DNA from: Anthoceros angustus
Taxonomy: Eukaryota > Plantae > Anthocerotophyta
Assembly: GCA_010909165.1 (NCBI GenBank)
Contig: VJWM01000108.1
Coordinates: forward strand, 248,001 to 312,000
Reading direction: 5' to 3'
DNA length: 64,000 bases
Shown: positions 35,800-49,667 of the stretch, piece by piece
How positions within the stretch are numbered: position 1 is the first letter of the stretch
How the letters are laid out: each line of letters begins with the position of its first letter
Program-made: the position numbers and the translations under genes
Notes under the pieces: model-generated
What the model was told of the DNA's origin: nothing
What the model saw: only the letters and a program-made list of their open reading frames with translations
Database searches by the model: none

Positions 35800-38700
35800 A
35801 GGCGAATGTAAACTCTCTGAATCAGAGGGGGATGGAATAGGAGCCACCCTCTTCCCACCCTTTTCCCCTTTCTCCATGGCCTCGATTTTGTTGTGCTTGC
35901 TCGCCGAGGCTTCCCGACTGAGTGCCTCACTGCTGGAAGCGCCCGCACTGGCCCTGGGCTAGCATGTCCTCCCAAGACAGAGGTCTTCCAAATCATCCCA
36001 GATGCGCCTTCTCGCCAACGGCCTGCTTTCTGGCTTCGTGACAGTCTCGGGGGATCCGCCGGCCGCCTCGATCCTTCTTGCTTCTTCTTCCCATCGCCAT
36101 CACCGCAATTAATACTAGCCACTCGAGGGCCCTTCCTTCTGCTAATTAGCGTCCGCAATTCTACCACAAACACGCCAATTCGCAAAGCAAAGCAAACTCG
36201 AAATGGAGAGAACCCCGAGAAGCGCCTGAAGTGTGCTCCTAGATCTGCTGGGTGCAATCAGGGGTTAGATGGAGGAGAAGTCTCTCCTCCGAGGCGAACA
36301 CTCTCATCCTCTTGCACAAAGCACAATTGCTCGCTGCTTGAGTGACCATCGTGCGCACTCCTTTTGTTTGGCCAAACCTTGCTATTTCAAGTGCCCTTAC
36401 TCGTGGTGTTTCCACTAAGCGCTACATTTAGGGTTTACGGTTACTCCTACTGATGGGTTCAACCTTAGAGAACATTATTAACCATCTTGTACAAATTTTA
36501 ACGTCTACCACTTTCTCCCATTGCTTTGGGTTTATTTTAATCACCAAACATAATGACTTTCTGTCTTGCCTCACCGCAAACATTAGGAACTTAACGACGT
36601 CATGAAGAATGGTTTTATATGGTCGGTGACTAATCCAAACGGCCTTCATGGAACAATACGCTCCAACTATCTAATGTTGGAAGGAACCTTGCCTTCTTTC
36701 ATTCCCTCCACCACCGCCCAACCCCTAAGACTCAAGGTTTCGCGCCCACTGACCGCAGACGCGCCGATGAGAGTGCTTTGCAATCAACGCCTTGGATGCT
36801 TATCGTACACATGTCCTCCCCCTGCTTGATCACATACCGCGATGGTGAGGTTCAATCCCAATATGAAAGAGAACTTCCCGAGGTACTGGATGCAGGAGAA
36901 GAGCGAACTCAACGACGGCCGATGTTCACCATAAGACATCCCCATCCCCAAGGCACTACGGGCCGCACAAGGTGTGCTTACTCACTGCATTCTCATGGAG
37001 GTTGGATTTGTGAATTTAATTATCTCTGATTGTAGAAGTCTATGGCATACCATGCGGACATCGGACTCAGCCGAGACGCCAACATCGGCCTCCCACCATT
37101 CCGAGGTGCGTGGACTTCCCTTGGGGGTTAGGAAATAAGTTGGGTTTGTTTTTTCAGAGGTATGGAGTGTAAAATAAGGCGAAGGAGGAATAAGCACGAC
37201 GCACGGACGGTTCGGAGTGCACTGGACCCGAGGTAACGGACCTTGAGCCCACTCGAGGACCTCCTGACCACGCACCGAGTCGGATAAGTCCGGACCCCAC
37301 CCCGGTCAAAACGGGATAAGTACGCCAAGCAAGTAACTTAGAAGTTGAGCGTGAGTTAGACAGGCGGCGCCACGTGGACGGTGGAGACGGCATGCAGCGA
37401 CTGTAGCATTGCCGTGGGCCGCTATAGGTAGGTATTCACGCTCCGCTGCATCGCGCATGAGGCGTCCGAATGTCTCCTCGGCGTAGGGATGGAATAGGAG
37501 CCACCTCTTCCCACCCTTTCCCCTTCTCTCCATGGCCTCCTGATTTTGTTGTGCTTGCCTTCGCCGAACCCAGGCTTCAGACTTGAGTGCCCTCACTGCA
37601 GAAGCAGCACTTCTTGTAGCTGCTAGCATGTCCTCCGAGGCAGAGGTCTTCTGCAAATCATGCCGCCTTCTAGCGGTCTTTGCTTGCTCGCTCGCGTTTT
37701 CTCGTCTTACGCAGGCTCGGGGGATCGGGTTCCGGTCGCCAGATCCTTCTTGCTTCTTCTTCCGCCGCCATCACCGCAATTCAATACTGACCACTTGAGG
37801 GCCCTTCCTTCTCTGCTAATTAGTCGCAATTCTACCACAAACACGTCAATTCGTGCGCGATTACAAACACGGAAAATGGAGAACCACGAAGTTTGAGATT
37901 CGTGCTCCCTCGCCCAATTTGACGCGTTGCCGATCTAGGGGTTAGTGATGGGCTTGATTCAAGTCTCTCCTGGCGACCACCGCCGCGCACAGCTTCCCTC
38001 TTGCACAAAATTGTCAATTGCTCGCCGTTTTGAGTGACCAGTTGCGCTCCACTCGGTTTGTTTGGCCTCGAAACCTTGCTATTTCAAGTGCCTCGTCATT
38101 GCGTTCGATTTCCCTTGCTTAAGCTTACATTTAGGGTTTACGGTTACTCCTACTAGTGGATGGGTTCGAACCACGGTAGGAACATTATTAACACCATCTT
38201 GTACATACAGCTTAACGTCTACCACTTTCTCCCATTGCGTTTGGGTTTATTTTAATCACCAAACATAATGACTTTCCCGTTACTTGCCTGCACTGCAAAC
38301 ATTAGGAACTTAACGACGTTTTCATGAAGAATGGTTTTATATGGTCGGTGACTGTAATGCCGGAAACGGCCTCCATGGAAGGCTAATACGTTCCAACCTA
38401 TCTAATGTTGGAAGGAACCTTGCCTTCTTTCATTCCCTCCACCACCGTCCAACCTCGGAAGACGCCCAACAAAATGCTTCGTGCCACTCCGCGCATAGGC
38501 GGCGCCGATGTGGGTAGGTGCTTTCAATCAGCGCCGTCTTGGATCGTGTCGAGGCAACGTCCTCATTCCCCGTTTGATTGTGCTACCACTCCTGCGGATG
38601 GTGAGGTTCAATCCCGTATGAAAGAGAACTTCCCGGTGCAGACGGAAGAGCGGACTCAACGCCCGGCGGCGCATGTTCTACCATAAGACATCCGGCTCCC

Positions 38701-39189
38701 AGGCACTACGGGCCAGGTGTCACTTTGCATTCTCATGGAGGTTGGTTGTGAATTTAATTATCTCGGAAGTCTATGGCATACCTGCGCTGACATCAGCCGA
38801 CGCCAGGCTATCGGCCTCCCACCATTAGTGCCCATGGACAGCGGACTCTCCTTGGGAAAAATAAGATGGGTTTGTTTTTTCAGAGGTATGGAGTGTAAAA
38901 TAAGGCGAAGGAGGAATAAGCACGACGCACGGACGGTTCGGAGTGCACTGGACCCGAGGTAACGGACCTTGAGCCCACTCGAGGACCTCCTGACCACGCA
39001 CCGAGTCGGATAAGTCCGGACCCCACCCGGTCAAAACGGGATAAGTACGCCAAGCAAGTAACTTAGAAGTTGAGCGTGAGTTAGACAGGCGGCGCCACGT
39101 GGACGGTGGAGACGGCATGCAGCGACTGTAGCATTGCCGTGGGCCGCTATAGGTAGGTATTCACGCTCCGCTGCATCGCGCATGAGGCG
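35800..39189. repeat. Tandem duplication A (copies ~35800-37466 and ~37460-39189)
   Basis: GGGATGGAATAGGAGCCACC occurs at ~35828 and ~37485. The 3' thirds are nearly identical, while the 5' parts differ mainly by dense small indels. Confidence 0.9.
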
Positions 39190-39439
39190 TGCAGTAGGCG
39201 AAGCGTAAGGCGAGAGTAAGCCATGCGCACTCGGCGCATGTTGAAGAGCCGCCTTCCGCTGCGTTACTTCCGACGAGAGAAGCGAGGCGGAGGTCATTCT
39301 TCCAAACAACTTCGCCGATTCTCGCGCCTCGACACCCGCCTCGCGTTGTCTTCTTTTGATCGCCCCAGCATCCTTAGGCAGCCTCGACTTGGCGAGTGAA
39401 GCAACCGACACCGCCGAGGAGCGGGAGATTGTGAGCCTC

Positions 39440-42400
39440 ACGCCCCCCAGCGGGATGTAAGGAGTGCGGAAGATGGGACCCAAGAAAGCGGAGGCGGGCG
39501 TAGCGGCGCTTGGTGGAGCGCAACATTGTCACCAAGCGCTACCCGACTTGTCCGTGGAGGAGGCGGGAGTTGAAGGAATGGCACTGACATTTTCCAGTGC
39601 CTCGGACCTTCGATGCCGCCTAGTCCGGAGTACGCTGAAGATGTTGGCTGCCAACAAGGAGGTTCGTCCAAGAACTGCTGGAGGACCTGTGGAGGTGGAC
39701 TGGACCGAGGGCGGTTTACAACCGCCCAAGAAATTGGGGCGAGTTCCGAGCCCCTCAAGAGGAAGATAGAGGCGCAAAGGCGGTAATGTTGGCTGTGGAC
39801 GCAACGAACAAAACCAACGCCGGTTGATGTCTGGAGTTGCCGACAGAGTGAGAGCAAAGGCTGTGATCATTGTCCATCGAACATGCTCACCAAGGTAGAT
39901 CACCTTGGTGACACCCATCGGTGTTCCCGCATGCTCGCAGAGGGGAAAGAGGCATCGGAAGGATCATCTTCGCCAGATCATTCGAAGCCGAGGTGAGAAG
40001 CCTCCGGCCGACGCTATCGCTTTTGATTCATGGGGGCACGCAACCTCAAGGAGGGTGAAGAGGAACGAGCATCAAGGGCCCGCCCACTGAGGCAGAGGGA
40101 AGAGCGAGGAGGCCCGCCCACCCCGAGTAAGAGGGTCCGGGAGGAGGACGACTGGAGGAATTCTGATCCATACGCTTGGAGCGGACCTCTCGCCACCAAG
40201 GGAAGTGTGGAGGACATCCCGCTTCCTCTTGTGGCCCCACCGAGCAGAAAGCAGGAGAGGCGCCAGTGGATCGGAGTTGGCGCCCAGCCCGACCAACAAC
40301 GACAATGGGAGCCACGACTGCTGGAACCAAGAGGCGGAAGACGGTGCCGCCCACAAAGCGCACCAGACGGTGCCTGCCTTGCCCCGCCAACGGAGTGGCA
40401 AGAAGGAGGAGGTCAAGGGCTGAGAGAGGGCCGCGCCCAAGGAGCGGGAGGCCACTGCAGCCCACCCGAGCCTGCCTGTCTCCGACGGGAGAGGGAAAAG
40501 GGCTGGGCCCCACCCTCACCACCTCCGAGCCCCGTGGAGGAAAAAGAGCAGAAGGGCAAGAGGGCTAAAGGGGAGGCGCCGGACCATAGCACCTGTGGAC
40601 CTAAGAGTCCCGATTAGGTCCGGAGAGCCAGCCCGACTCGCCCGGATCGCAGATGGCGGTCCTGACGATAGAGATGCCCGCCCACAAAGCAGACTTCCGG
40701 CATCTCCTCGGGCGGGTGGAAGACGCTGCCACTGCCATCATGGACGGTATGCTTTGGGGCTCTGGAATAAATGGAGAAGACCCAAGAAGTGGAGGCCACC
40801 GGAGGATGGTGGAGCAAGGGTGTAGAGGCGCCCAGAGGCAAAGAAGAAGGCGAGTCCCTCGCCCGAATCGAGGAAGGGAAACCGGGAGGCGGAGCGAGAG
40901 GTCCTGACGGCTCAAGAAGACCGACTAAGGTCCTCCACCTGAGGCACCGAGGCATGCAGGGAGGCCCAAGCGTCAAGACCTCCGCACGGGGGAGGCGCAG
41001 CAGAGGCGGAGAGGGCTGCGACCGCCGAGGCGCCCTACCGACCAACATCACTCACGAGGCTGTGAAGGTAGCGGAGGCGGTAAGGTCGATCGGATCACCA
41101 CCGACGTGATCGGAACCGTGAGGGAGACGGCCGGGTAGCGAGGCTAACTCAAGGGTGAACAGGTGGCGCTGAGTGGCACGGCCGAGCCGTGAGGAGGAAC
41201 TGAGGTCAGACCGGGAAATAGGGACCTCGGGGCAGAGGAGGCTAAGAGGCCAAGGTGAGCCGGCAAAGAAGGACACGAGCCGCAACTCCAAGACGACGGA
41301 GCAAGCAGGGATTCTCAACGAGAGAATCCAAGACTTCGAAATGAGATAGAGCGCCTCAGCTTGAAGACGAGGAGAATAGGCGGCGATCCAAGGAGTTCGA
41401 CGTCATGAGCCGTCAAGGGAGGGAGGAAGCCGTGAGTCGACGGGGATACCGCCCGCGAGAAGGAAGGCTGACTCCGGAAAGGATGAACGGAGGGATGAGA
41501 GCGGAGGAGGAGCAGAGGTCGCCATCCTATGGAAGCAGAGGGAGCTCACCCATGGCCAAGAACCAAGTGAGCTAGAACTGGCGGGAGGAGGAGCACGCCG
41601 AAAGTGAAAGGCCGCAGGAGCCTGAGGCCGCCTTTGGCATCGGAGACCGCCCGGCCATAGGGCAAGCCCGGGCGGAGAGCCAGTGGACAACATGCCACCG
41701 GAAGCACCTCGGAGGAGGGAGTGGTGCTGGCCCATGTGGAGGAGGCAATTCAACAAGTCGATTCCGACTTTGCCTACTACCACGCAGAGCTTCCTCAAGG
41801 CTCTAGAGGTCCCTGGGCAGGAGGGCGGGCTTAAGAGTCAAGGAGGAGCAAGGGAGGAAGGCCCTGTGGAGCAGCCCACGGGGACCATAGGAGCCCTGCT
41901 TGACGACGACGGGCAGCAGGGGAGAGGAAGAGCGAGGCATAAGGAAGGTCAGCGCACCGAGGTAAGCACTGCACCCCTCACGGAGAAGGGGAGGCCCGAG
42001 GGGCCAAGGAAGGCGACTCGCAACCCGAAGCGAGGGGGCCTGGTGAACCTTGAGAAGTCCTGAGAGGGGAAACTGCACGAGGGACCGACTTTGTCCGACT
42101 GAAGAACGGCGGACTAAGGTCCGGCCTCAAGAAAGTCCGGACTTTGAGGTCCAGATTTAGTGAGACGGACCTCGTCCCCGCGCTGGGAGGGAGGGCCGGG
42201 TCCGAGATCGGACCTCAGAGGTCCGGACTCGAGAGGTCCGGACTCGAGCGAGACCGACCGAGGTCCAGACGAAAGAAGACCGACCTAGAAGTCCCCAGTC
42301 GAGACCGAGAGGTCCTGACTCGGAGGCGAGGAGAGCCCTCCGACTCACGGAGGGGAGCAACCAGTGGCTTCTACCGGAGAGGACCCACTGGGGCGGAGGA

Positions 42401-42960
42401 AGACGTGGTGACTCCATCGACGCCGCCGAGCCCAACCCGGAGGATTCCGGAAGGGGGGTCCCGCTAATCATCCGATTGCGCCCGAATCGAGCGGGATTGG
42501 GCTACTGCCGAGACGGGACCAAGGGCATCCCAGCCCACCACCGACGACGGAGATAGGAGGAAGGGAACAGATGGTAGGCGGCCGATTATATAATCGAGCA
42601 CCACTGTAATAATAGGGTGTAAAGACGCCGACTCATGAGTATAAGAGGGCCGAGGCTACTCTAGTAACGTATCTTCTCTGGTGTTGATGTGGCCTTCTGC
42701 AGCCCTTTGTGTGCCTCTTGTTAACGCGAGCCCCGAGTCATCGAGCTCCCGAGAGACTGATCAAGGTCCCGTGACGACCCTAACGTGTGGTGGTGTGTGC
42801 AGGAATAGCGACTAGGACCCTTGCTCGTCCAGAGCCTGCCCGGCGGACTCACCGGACGCGTGAGCGGAGGAACCCGGAGGCGGCAGAGCCGGATGGAGGC
42901 GGCGGAGCGGCGGAAGAGTCACGTATACCCGCGTTTTCCCAAGGACGATGAGTGGGTGAG
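39440..42960. mobile_element. Probable LTR-retrotransposon remnant (Gypsy/Tat-like 3' region and LTR-like segment ~42470-42940)
   Basis: GC- and purine-skewed block with an imperfect ~15-bp tandem array (GAGGTCCGGACTCGA, ~42110-42330), GGAAGGGGGG at ~42449, and a TATAAG-containing LTR-like segment ending ...GTATACCCGCGTTTTCCC. No clear pol motif or paired LTR. Confidence 0.3.
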
Positions 42961-43599
42961 TGGTGAGAGCGGACTAGAGGATGGTGGCACTTGACACGCC
43001 TGACGGGTCCTTAAGCGTTTGGCCACGGGCACAGCCGGTGAAGCGTTGCGGGTAGTTAGGCGGTAAAGCGATAAATAGGTGTGTTGAGGAAGCGGATACT
43101 AAGTGAGGTGAAAGCAGATTGAAAGCGTGGCAAGCGGAGCCTATCATTCTCTTGGGAGGCGGACCCCTTACTACAACGACACGGATTGCGGCGCGGTACC
43201 GCCATCGTGTAGCCACAGTGCGCACGGACACCAAGAAATCTCAACGGTATGCCACCACGGAGGATCCCGCAAACAGCGGTGTGAGCAGCGGCCGCGCGAG
43301 GCAAGCCACTCGGGCTCCGAATCGTGAGGCGACATGTTCACGGTGTCAGAACTCACCATCATCGGTAGAAGAATGCGGCAATAGGGCAATGAGGAGGCGG
43401 GGCGATTTCCAGGCACTCCAAGATCGGCGACCGCCATCTTATCACCCCAAACCAGTGAGTGAGACTTTGGTGTCTGCGGAAGCTACGAGTGTCGGTGCCA
43501 AAGAGGCGAGCTGCGGAGTCCCAATGAGGAAATGTGAAGTGGAAAGCATCAACATTGATTTCGGAAGGCATGTTGCAATCGGATGTGTCTCCAGTTGAC

Positions 43600-45990
43600 A
43601 AAAGAAAGGTTTCGTGAACAACGATATCGCTATTACGGATGGGGAGGCGAGCAGAAACATTTTGGAATCCTCATACGAGGTTGTGCGACAGAGCTGGGTA
43701 GCAAAAGTTATTACTCATCTTGGGGCCGGATCCTTTCCGATCGCTTGCGCCTTGAAGAGTGTATTGCCTCTCGGCCAGATATGAAGAGTTGAAGAGTAGA
43801 GTCATCTTGAATGCCGTGGGATGCCATGAGGCGAATCCAAAAGCAGTCTCACCATGCCTTAAGTGCAATAGCCTGGATGGACAATGCTTTCCTCAACATG
43901 GTGAGAGACTTCCAAATATCGAGGTCTTCAACCTACACACATACACAAAACTAGAAATTTGGGGTGAATATAGGCGGCATTGTGAACAAAGAGGACATGT
44001 GATGCACGCGGTTCTTGAAGCTATGGAAAGGGCACTTCAACAGGTAAAGATTCCAAAGTCCTAGTTCTCCACTTGCTCGCTCTGATTGGATTGAAAACAA
44101 CTATCTGAAATACAATCTCAAAGGTTGATCAAGGTAAGTAACATTCTTTTCCTTATCCCATGTTTTCCATCTGAGGGTGGTTGACCGCGTGGCCAAACCC
44201 TCAATGGCAGCGTGTTATGTCTACTATGTCAATATGCCCCCTTCGTGACAGGTGAGGTGGGCCGCCGGCGCCCACCATACGTCTCGTACCATATGTCCTT
44301 AGGATTATGTGTGGATGGTTCCCGGTCATGAGGGCGGCCGTCGGGCTGTAACCATGCATGTGCCTATCACATGCCTTAGGCCCCGCCATGCGAAGGCGCA
44401 CATCGAGGTTGCGGAATGAGGCAGTCCTCACGGCGCCCGGTGGCGGCGCCCCACGCCTGTCTCGCCTTGGAGTGCGACAATATGTTCGCCCATTATATCC
44501 TTTGTTGTCGATCATAGGGCGAGGGGTGGGGGTTGAGGAAGGAGAAGTTGGGGTGTCAATGACATAGGCACATCCGCAGGTGATGCTTGTTGATTCTTGG
44601 ACATCATACTATGTGTTTTATCTTGGAAGTTCAAATTGTAAAGGGACTCAAAACTATGTTGTGAATATGTTATGTGGAGAAATATCAAAGCGACCGGGCG
44701 CCACGGCGCTTAGCAGGCGTGCGAAGATGACAAAACTGACAGCAAGAGTTATGTGGAACCACATAAGTATATGTTACTATGTATCGATGGCATGGACGGA
44801 AGAAGAGAGATACCGCACATGTTGAGGTGGCCAAAAACCTAGACGAGGAATGTCGCATTTGTTCACGTGGTCGGTGCATGATCCACAACTACACCCACAA
44901 AGCCAGCGTTTTGCACTACGCCAACCTCCGGAATGATGCCAATTTGACTATCACGTCATTCAAGATGTCATCCACAACTATGGTGTGCTGCCCAAAGTTT
45001 TGTACTTGCAACTTGACAATACATGTCGGGAGAACAAGAATCAGCTATTATTTGCATATGAACATGCTCGTTGATATGGGCACGTTCGAAAAAGTGAAGG
45101 TGGGATTCCTTGGTTGGTCACACTCATGACCAAATAGACGGATGTTTTCCCTTCTCCAAAAGCCTTAAACACAAAGCGCTACGCTACCCACACATTACTG
45201 CGAGGCATACTCCCTCTCCAGGTGAAGGTTGTGGAGGTTCCAGTTCCGGACATATATGGCCAATAGCGAGGGCAGAGGCAAGTATCGGCCGTGAAGAAGT
45301 TGAATAATCATCATACCAGCCAGTTCAAAATTACGGGAGGACAAACGGCCGCGGCCGTCACGATCATCGAGGAGCAAGCGATTCAACATCTCACTTTGGG
45401 AAGCAGGCGGTTTGGAGTTCTTAAATTTGTTCCCTCGATGCCATAACGGCTTTGATGTCCTTACGTGCAGGATAAAAAAAGGAAGCACTCACCAACGGAA
45501 GGTGTGGCTCATTTGAAGGATGGGTTACTTGGAATGCGACCTTATGTAACGAAGAGTACAAGTGGTGGGAAGAATTGCAGGTGACGAGAGATTGCTGTTA
45601 TTGTGGAAAACCACATCGGCCTTGTTCTGGATTGTCCTTGGAAATGGTTCTCCGTCTTTGAGGAGGAAGAAAGTACCCCTTCACTGATGAAGCTTTGCTG
45701 GAAGAAGCATTGTTGAGGAGCTTCCCCAGCGAGATATATCACAGGGCATATCAAAACATTGGAAGCGGCGTGAAATGGCGCTTGAATGGCGATATTGCGT
45801 CAAAAGGAATGTTTCGATGCCATGCACCACATACACAGACCTTTGGATTGGGAAAGTCACGGACGTGAAGTTGGATGCACCACAACCTCACTTTCTTATC
45901 CAGTATCGGACGGATCATACAGACGTCTGCGGTATGTGGAGGAATATATACTACGAGGAAGAGGTAACCAAGATGGGCAGCCTTTGGGAA
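43600..45990 (+). mobile_element. Degenerate DUF7869-type (Sola-like DDE/RNase H fold) transposase with a probable intron at 44134-44579
   Basis: Across frameshifts: GERLPNIEVFNLHTYTKLEIWGEY...VKIPK..FSTCSL(C), NLRNDANLTIT, and LPKVLYLQLDNTCRENKNQLLFAY.NMLVDMGTFEKVKVGFL.VGHTHDQID (~44985-45140). Confidence 0.62.
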
Positions 45991-46272
45991 AAAAGGTAAT
46001 AAGGTATTTTATCCCAAAAACATACAGGTCTATGTGAATGATCTCATCCTTTATTACGGTTTTATTTTGAATGCCGGAAACATTTGTATGCGGTGGACAA
46101 AAGGCGAGGACAAATTGAGCGGTGCGGATTCATACTGACCAACCAGTCAAAGTGTCGGAGGATAGCGATGACAATATTGTTGGGCCAGCGATGAAAGGCG
46201 TGAACTCGGGATGACTATTGAGTGTAGGACGACTAGCCTCAACCATTGTCATTAGGGGTCGTATGGATGTGG

Positions 46273-49150
46273 GTCCCCACTTCATGTGTCGATGACGCCC
46301 ATCCTTTACAACCAAACGCGTACATGGCTGGGTGGGTCGGCCGGCGCCCCTATTCCTCTTGTCATTGTTAGTGCATAACTTTAGTTGAAATTGTAGAAGC
46401 AATGGCGTTGCATACCACTTGTTTTAGGCTGAATATTGACGGACTATGTCCGTGAATATGTTTGAGTCCCTGTTTAGGGTTTGTCTCCAACACCACGGCA
46501 TGCAACATGACCCCCCAGGCCTGTTCTATTTCATTCCAAAGGAAGTGGCGACAATGCGGATAGCAACCATGTGGAATGTGCCCTTCGGATGGCGGGCGCG
46601 GCCAGCGGCGCCCCCTCATGCAACATGCCACGCCCCGATGGCCGGTTCCACTTCATTCTCCGAAGGTGCCCAAGTGGATAGCAAACATGTTGCATGTGCC
46701 CCTCTGATGGCGAGGCGGGGCCGCGCGCCCGGCCCCTCCACCGCCCCTCCCTGCCACTCATGCTAATAGGCGAAGGATCACACATTAAACCAGCAAGCGA
46801 AATTTTCTTCCCCACAATTTTGTTTTATGGATTGAACTGTCGCGATTTCATGACCCTTCCATAGTGGCGTTGGAATCGCGAATGTGATGTATTGCTGCAA
46901 ACAAGCGGTGTGCATTGTGGGTATTGTTTTGGCGAAACAAAGCGGTGTGAAGAGGTCACCCTTCGGCATATATACCAACTCGTATGATCAGGGGCGGACC
47001 CTTTTTTTAGCTTTAGTTTCCACAATAGCTGAACCCACGCCTTTTAGACCCATCACCAACCCTCTTCGGTTATTATTCACAAAAACCCCATTGAGCATAT
47101 TCCCCTTCAAAATTTATGGTGTTCGACACTTTTGTCCCCACGGTTGATAGGAAGATTATGGATACCTCTTGGGGACATCCCGGGCTCATGGGCTTTTGAG
47201 TGCCCTATGGGCGATCTGCCCGTAATCCTACTGTATAATTTGGGCCTTAGTGCACTCGCCCGGAGGCCTCATTCCGGCGGCTTTCTGGCGGGCCCTTCAC
47301 TTTGGCTTCTCGGTTCATCCTCCATGACAGCCCTTTGGAGGATCTCGTGTGAATATGGAGGTGGGAACCTTCTCTCTCCAAACGTCCCTGAGGCAAGCTA
47401 GGGACATGTTATCGGTAGATGCTGGAAGGACTTCCCTCCATTCTCGACATTTTATTGATGGTTTCGGGGTTGCAGCATCCCAGCTCGAGCGTTCGGCGGC
47501 TTTCCTTGTCCTCCAGACCCTCCATCCCGAGTCCACAAGAGCGGCTCCGCTCTTGTTCGGGAAGGGTGCTTAGCTATTGGCCGCCCATGCATACGGGTTT
47601 CACATCGCACCAACCACCTTGACTCGCGATGCGATTAGTCTTGCTTTGCTCTAACGTGCTGCCGCTCCTTACTTGCAGTGCGGCTCGCCTCGATGATTTT
47701 GGGGTACACCTTGCTGCCGTTGTCCCCACGGGTCGATGACGCCCATCCTTTACAACCAAACACATGGCTCGGGGGCCGGCCGGCCCTATTCCTCTCGTTG
47801 TTCGGCATAACTTTGAAATTGTAGAAGTTCAATGATTGCATACCACTTGTTTTAGGCTATTGATGGACTATGTCCTGTGAATATGTTGCAGTCCATGGTT
47901 TAGGGTTTTGTCTCCAACACACGGCATGCAACATGACCCCCACCTAGGTTCTGCTTATTTCATTCCAAAGGAAGTGGCGACAATGCGGATAAACCATGTG
48001 GAATGTGCCCGATAGCGAGGCGCCGGCCAGCGGCGCCTCATGCAACATGCCACGCACATTGACCGTTCCACTTCATTCTCCGAAGGTGCCCAAGTGGATA
48101 GCAAACATGTTGCATGCTCTTCACTGGAGTAGGGGGAGGCGCCGGGCGCCCCCCTGCTGCGCCTCAGCCGCGCCCGCCACCGTACCGCTAATAGGCAAGG
48201 ATCACACATTAAACCTCACCGAGTAAACGAAATTTTCTTCCCACAATTTTGTTTTATGGATTGAACATGTCCCGAGATTTCATGATCATAGTATAGTGGC
48301 GAATCATGAATATAACAGATTGCTAGACCGACAAACAGTGGTGTGCATTGTGGGTATTGTTTTACCGAAACAAGCGGTGTAAGAGGGTCACCCTTCTTAT
48401 ATATACCAACGGAAAACTCAGATGATCCAAGGCGACCCTTTTTTCGCTTTAGTTTCCACAATAGCTGAACCGCCTTTTAGACCCATCACCAACCCTCTTG
48501 TTATTCACAAAAACCCCATCGAGCATATTCCCCTTCAAAATTTATGGTGTTCTCGACACTTTTGTCCCCATAGCTTGATAGATTATGGATACTCTTGGGG
48601 ACATCCCTGGCTCATGGCTTTTGAGTGCCCTATGGCCTGCTCACTGGCAGCGCCCCACTGCAATTTGATGACAGTGCTCTCGGAGGCCTCATTCCGGCGG
48701 CTTTCACGGTTGGGCCCTCGCCCACCTTTGGCTTCTCGGTTCATCCTCCATGACAGCCCTTCTGGAGGATCTCGTATCAGTATGGAGGTGGGAACCTTCT
48801 CTCTCCAAACGCCCTTGAGGCAAGCTAGGGACATGTTATCGTGAGATGCTCGGAAGGACTTCCCTCCATTCTCGACATTTATGCATGGTTTCGGGGTTGC
48901 ATCCCAGCCGAGCGCCTCGGCTCAGGCTTTGTCCTCCAGGGACCCCTCCATCCCAGTCCACAAGAGGCTCCTTGCTCGGGAAGGCGCAGTGCTTAGCTAT
49001 TGGCCGCCCAGCATACGGGTTTCATCGCACCAACCACCTTGACTCGCGATGCGATTACTTAGCCTCGCCTAACTGGCTTCTTCGCTCCTTACTTGACAGT
49101 GCGGCCTCGATGATTTTGGGGTACACCTTGCTCGTTGTCCCCACGGGTCA
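46273..49150. repeat. Tandem duplication B (copies ~46273-47733 and ~47720-49150)
   Basis: GATGACGCCCATCCTTTACAACCAAAC and GTTGCATACCACTTGTTTTAGGCT-like anchors recur about 1.45 kb apart; the copies differ mostly by indels. Confidence 0.9.
47180..47733 (+). mobile_element. CRE-like non-LTR retrotransposon fragment (duplicated part of 48620-49667)
   Basis: LGLSA...PAAFLAG (end of RT), GKGA.WLLAAP and C.CG...DDFGVHLARC read across indels. Confidence 0.45.
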
Positions 49151-49667
49151 TCGCATTGCCACTCCGATGCCATCCGCGATGTCATGTTCGCCATCGCCGC
49201 GAAGCGCCATAGCCTCGGAGGGAGCGGTGTATGTGTCGCTCAAGCGGTCACCAGACCTGTCCGTGGGCGAGTGTGTTTCGGGCGTATGTGGTGGTTACCG
49301 ATCCTACACGGACACCATCTCCGTTATCAATATTGAGCAAGGCTCTCAAGGTCCGCAAATATAGCGTGATGCAAGCGGCCACCTCTTTATTCCGCTTGCA
49401 CTAGAAACGTAATGAATGGCCGAGGACTTTGACAAATTTGTCAAGTCCTGTGCCAAAGCTTACCATGGCCAGACACGGCGGGCCGTCCTTGTCACGCAAA
49501 GATACTTCGGCTAACGGGTTTCAATTGCCCTTCAACGGGCACTCTCTACGGCGATCCTCCACAAGGTGGCGACAGTAGGTGACGCATCTTCCTCTACCTC
49601 CGTGGTTTGCAGGCCGTTTATTCTTCCTGCATATGACATTGTGGGTGCAGTAGGTGACTTAAGATAG
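48620..49667 (+). mobile_element. 3' end of a CRE-like (restriction-like endonuclease) non-LTR retrotransposon, degenerate
   Basis: CCHC region FGVHLARCPHG.HRIAT.DAIRDV, then RSPDL..(D)VVVTDP, K..KY, FIPLALET and RVSIALQRALSTAIL. These are the typical C-terminal REL motifs of CRE/SLACS-clade elements. Confidence 0.58.

Noticed and set aside
39860-39925. GVTKVIYLG as a Gypsy RT motif, and local hairpins
   Set aside because: The resemblance is only about 9 residues, with no flanking RT motifs.
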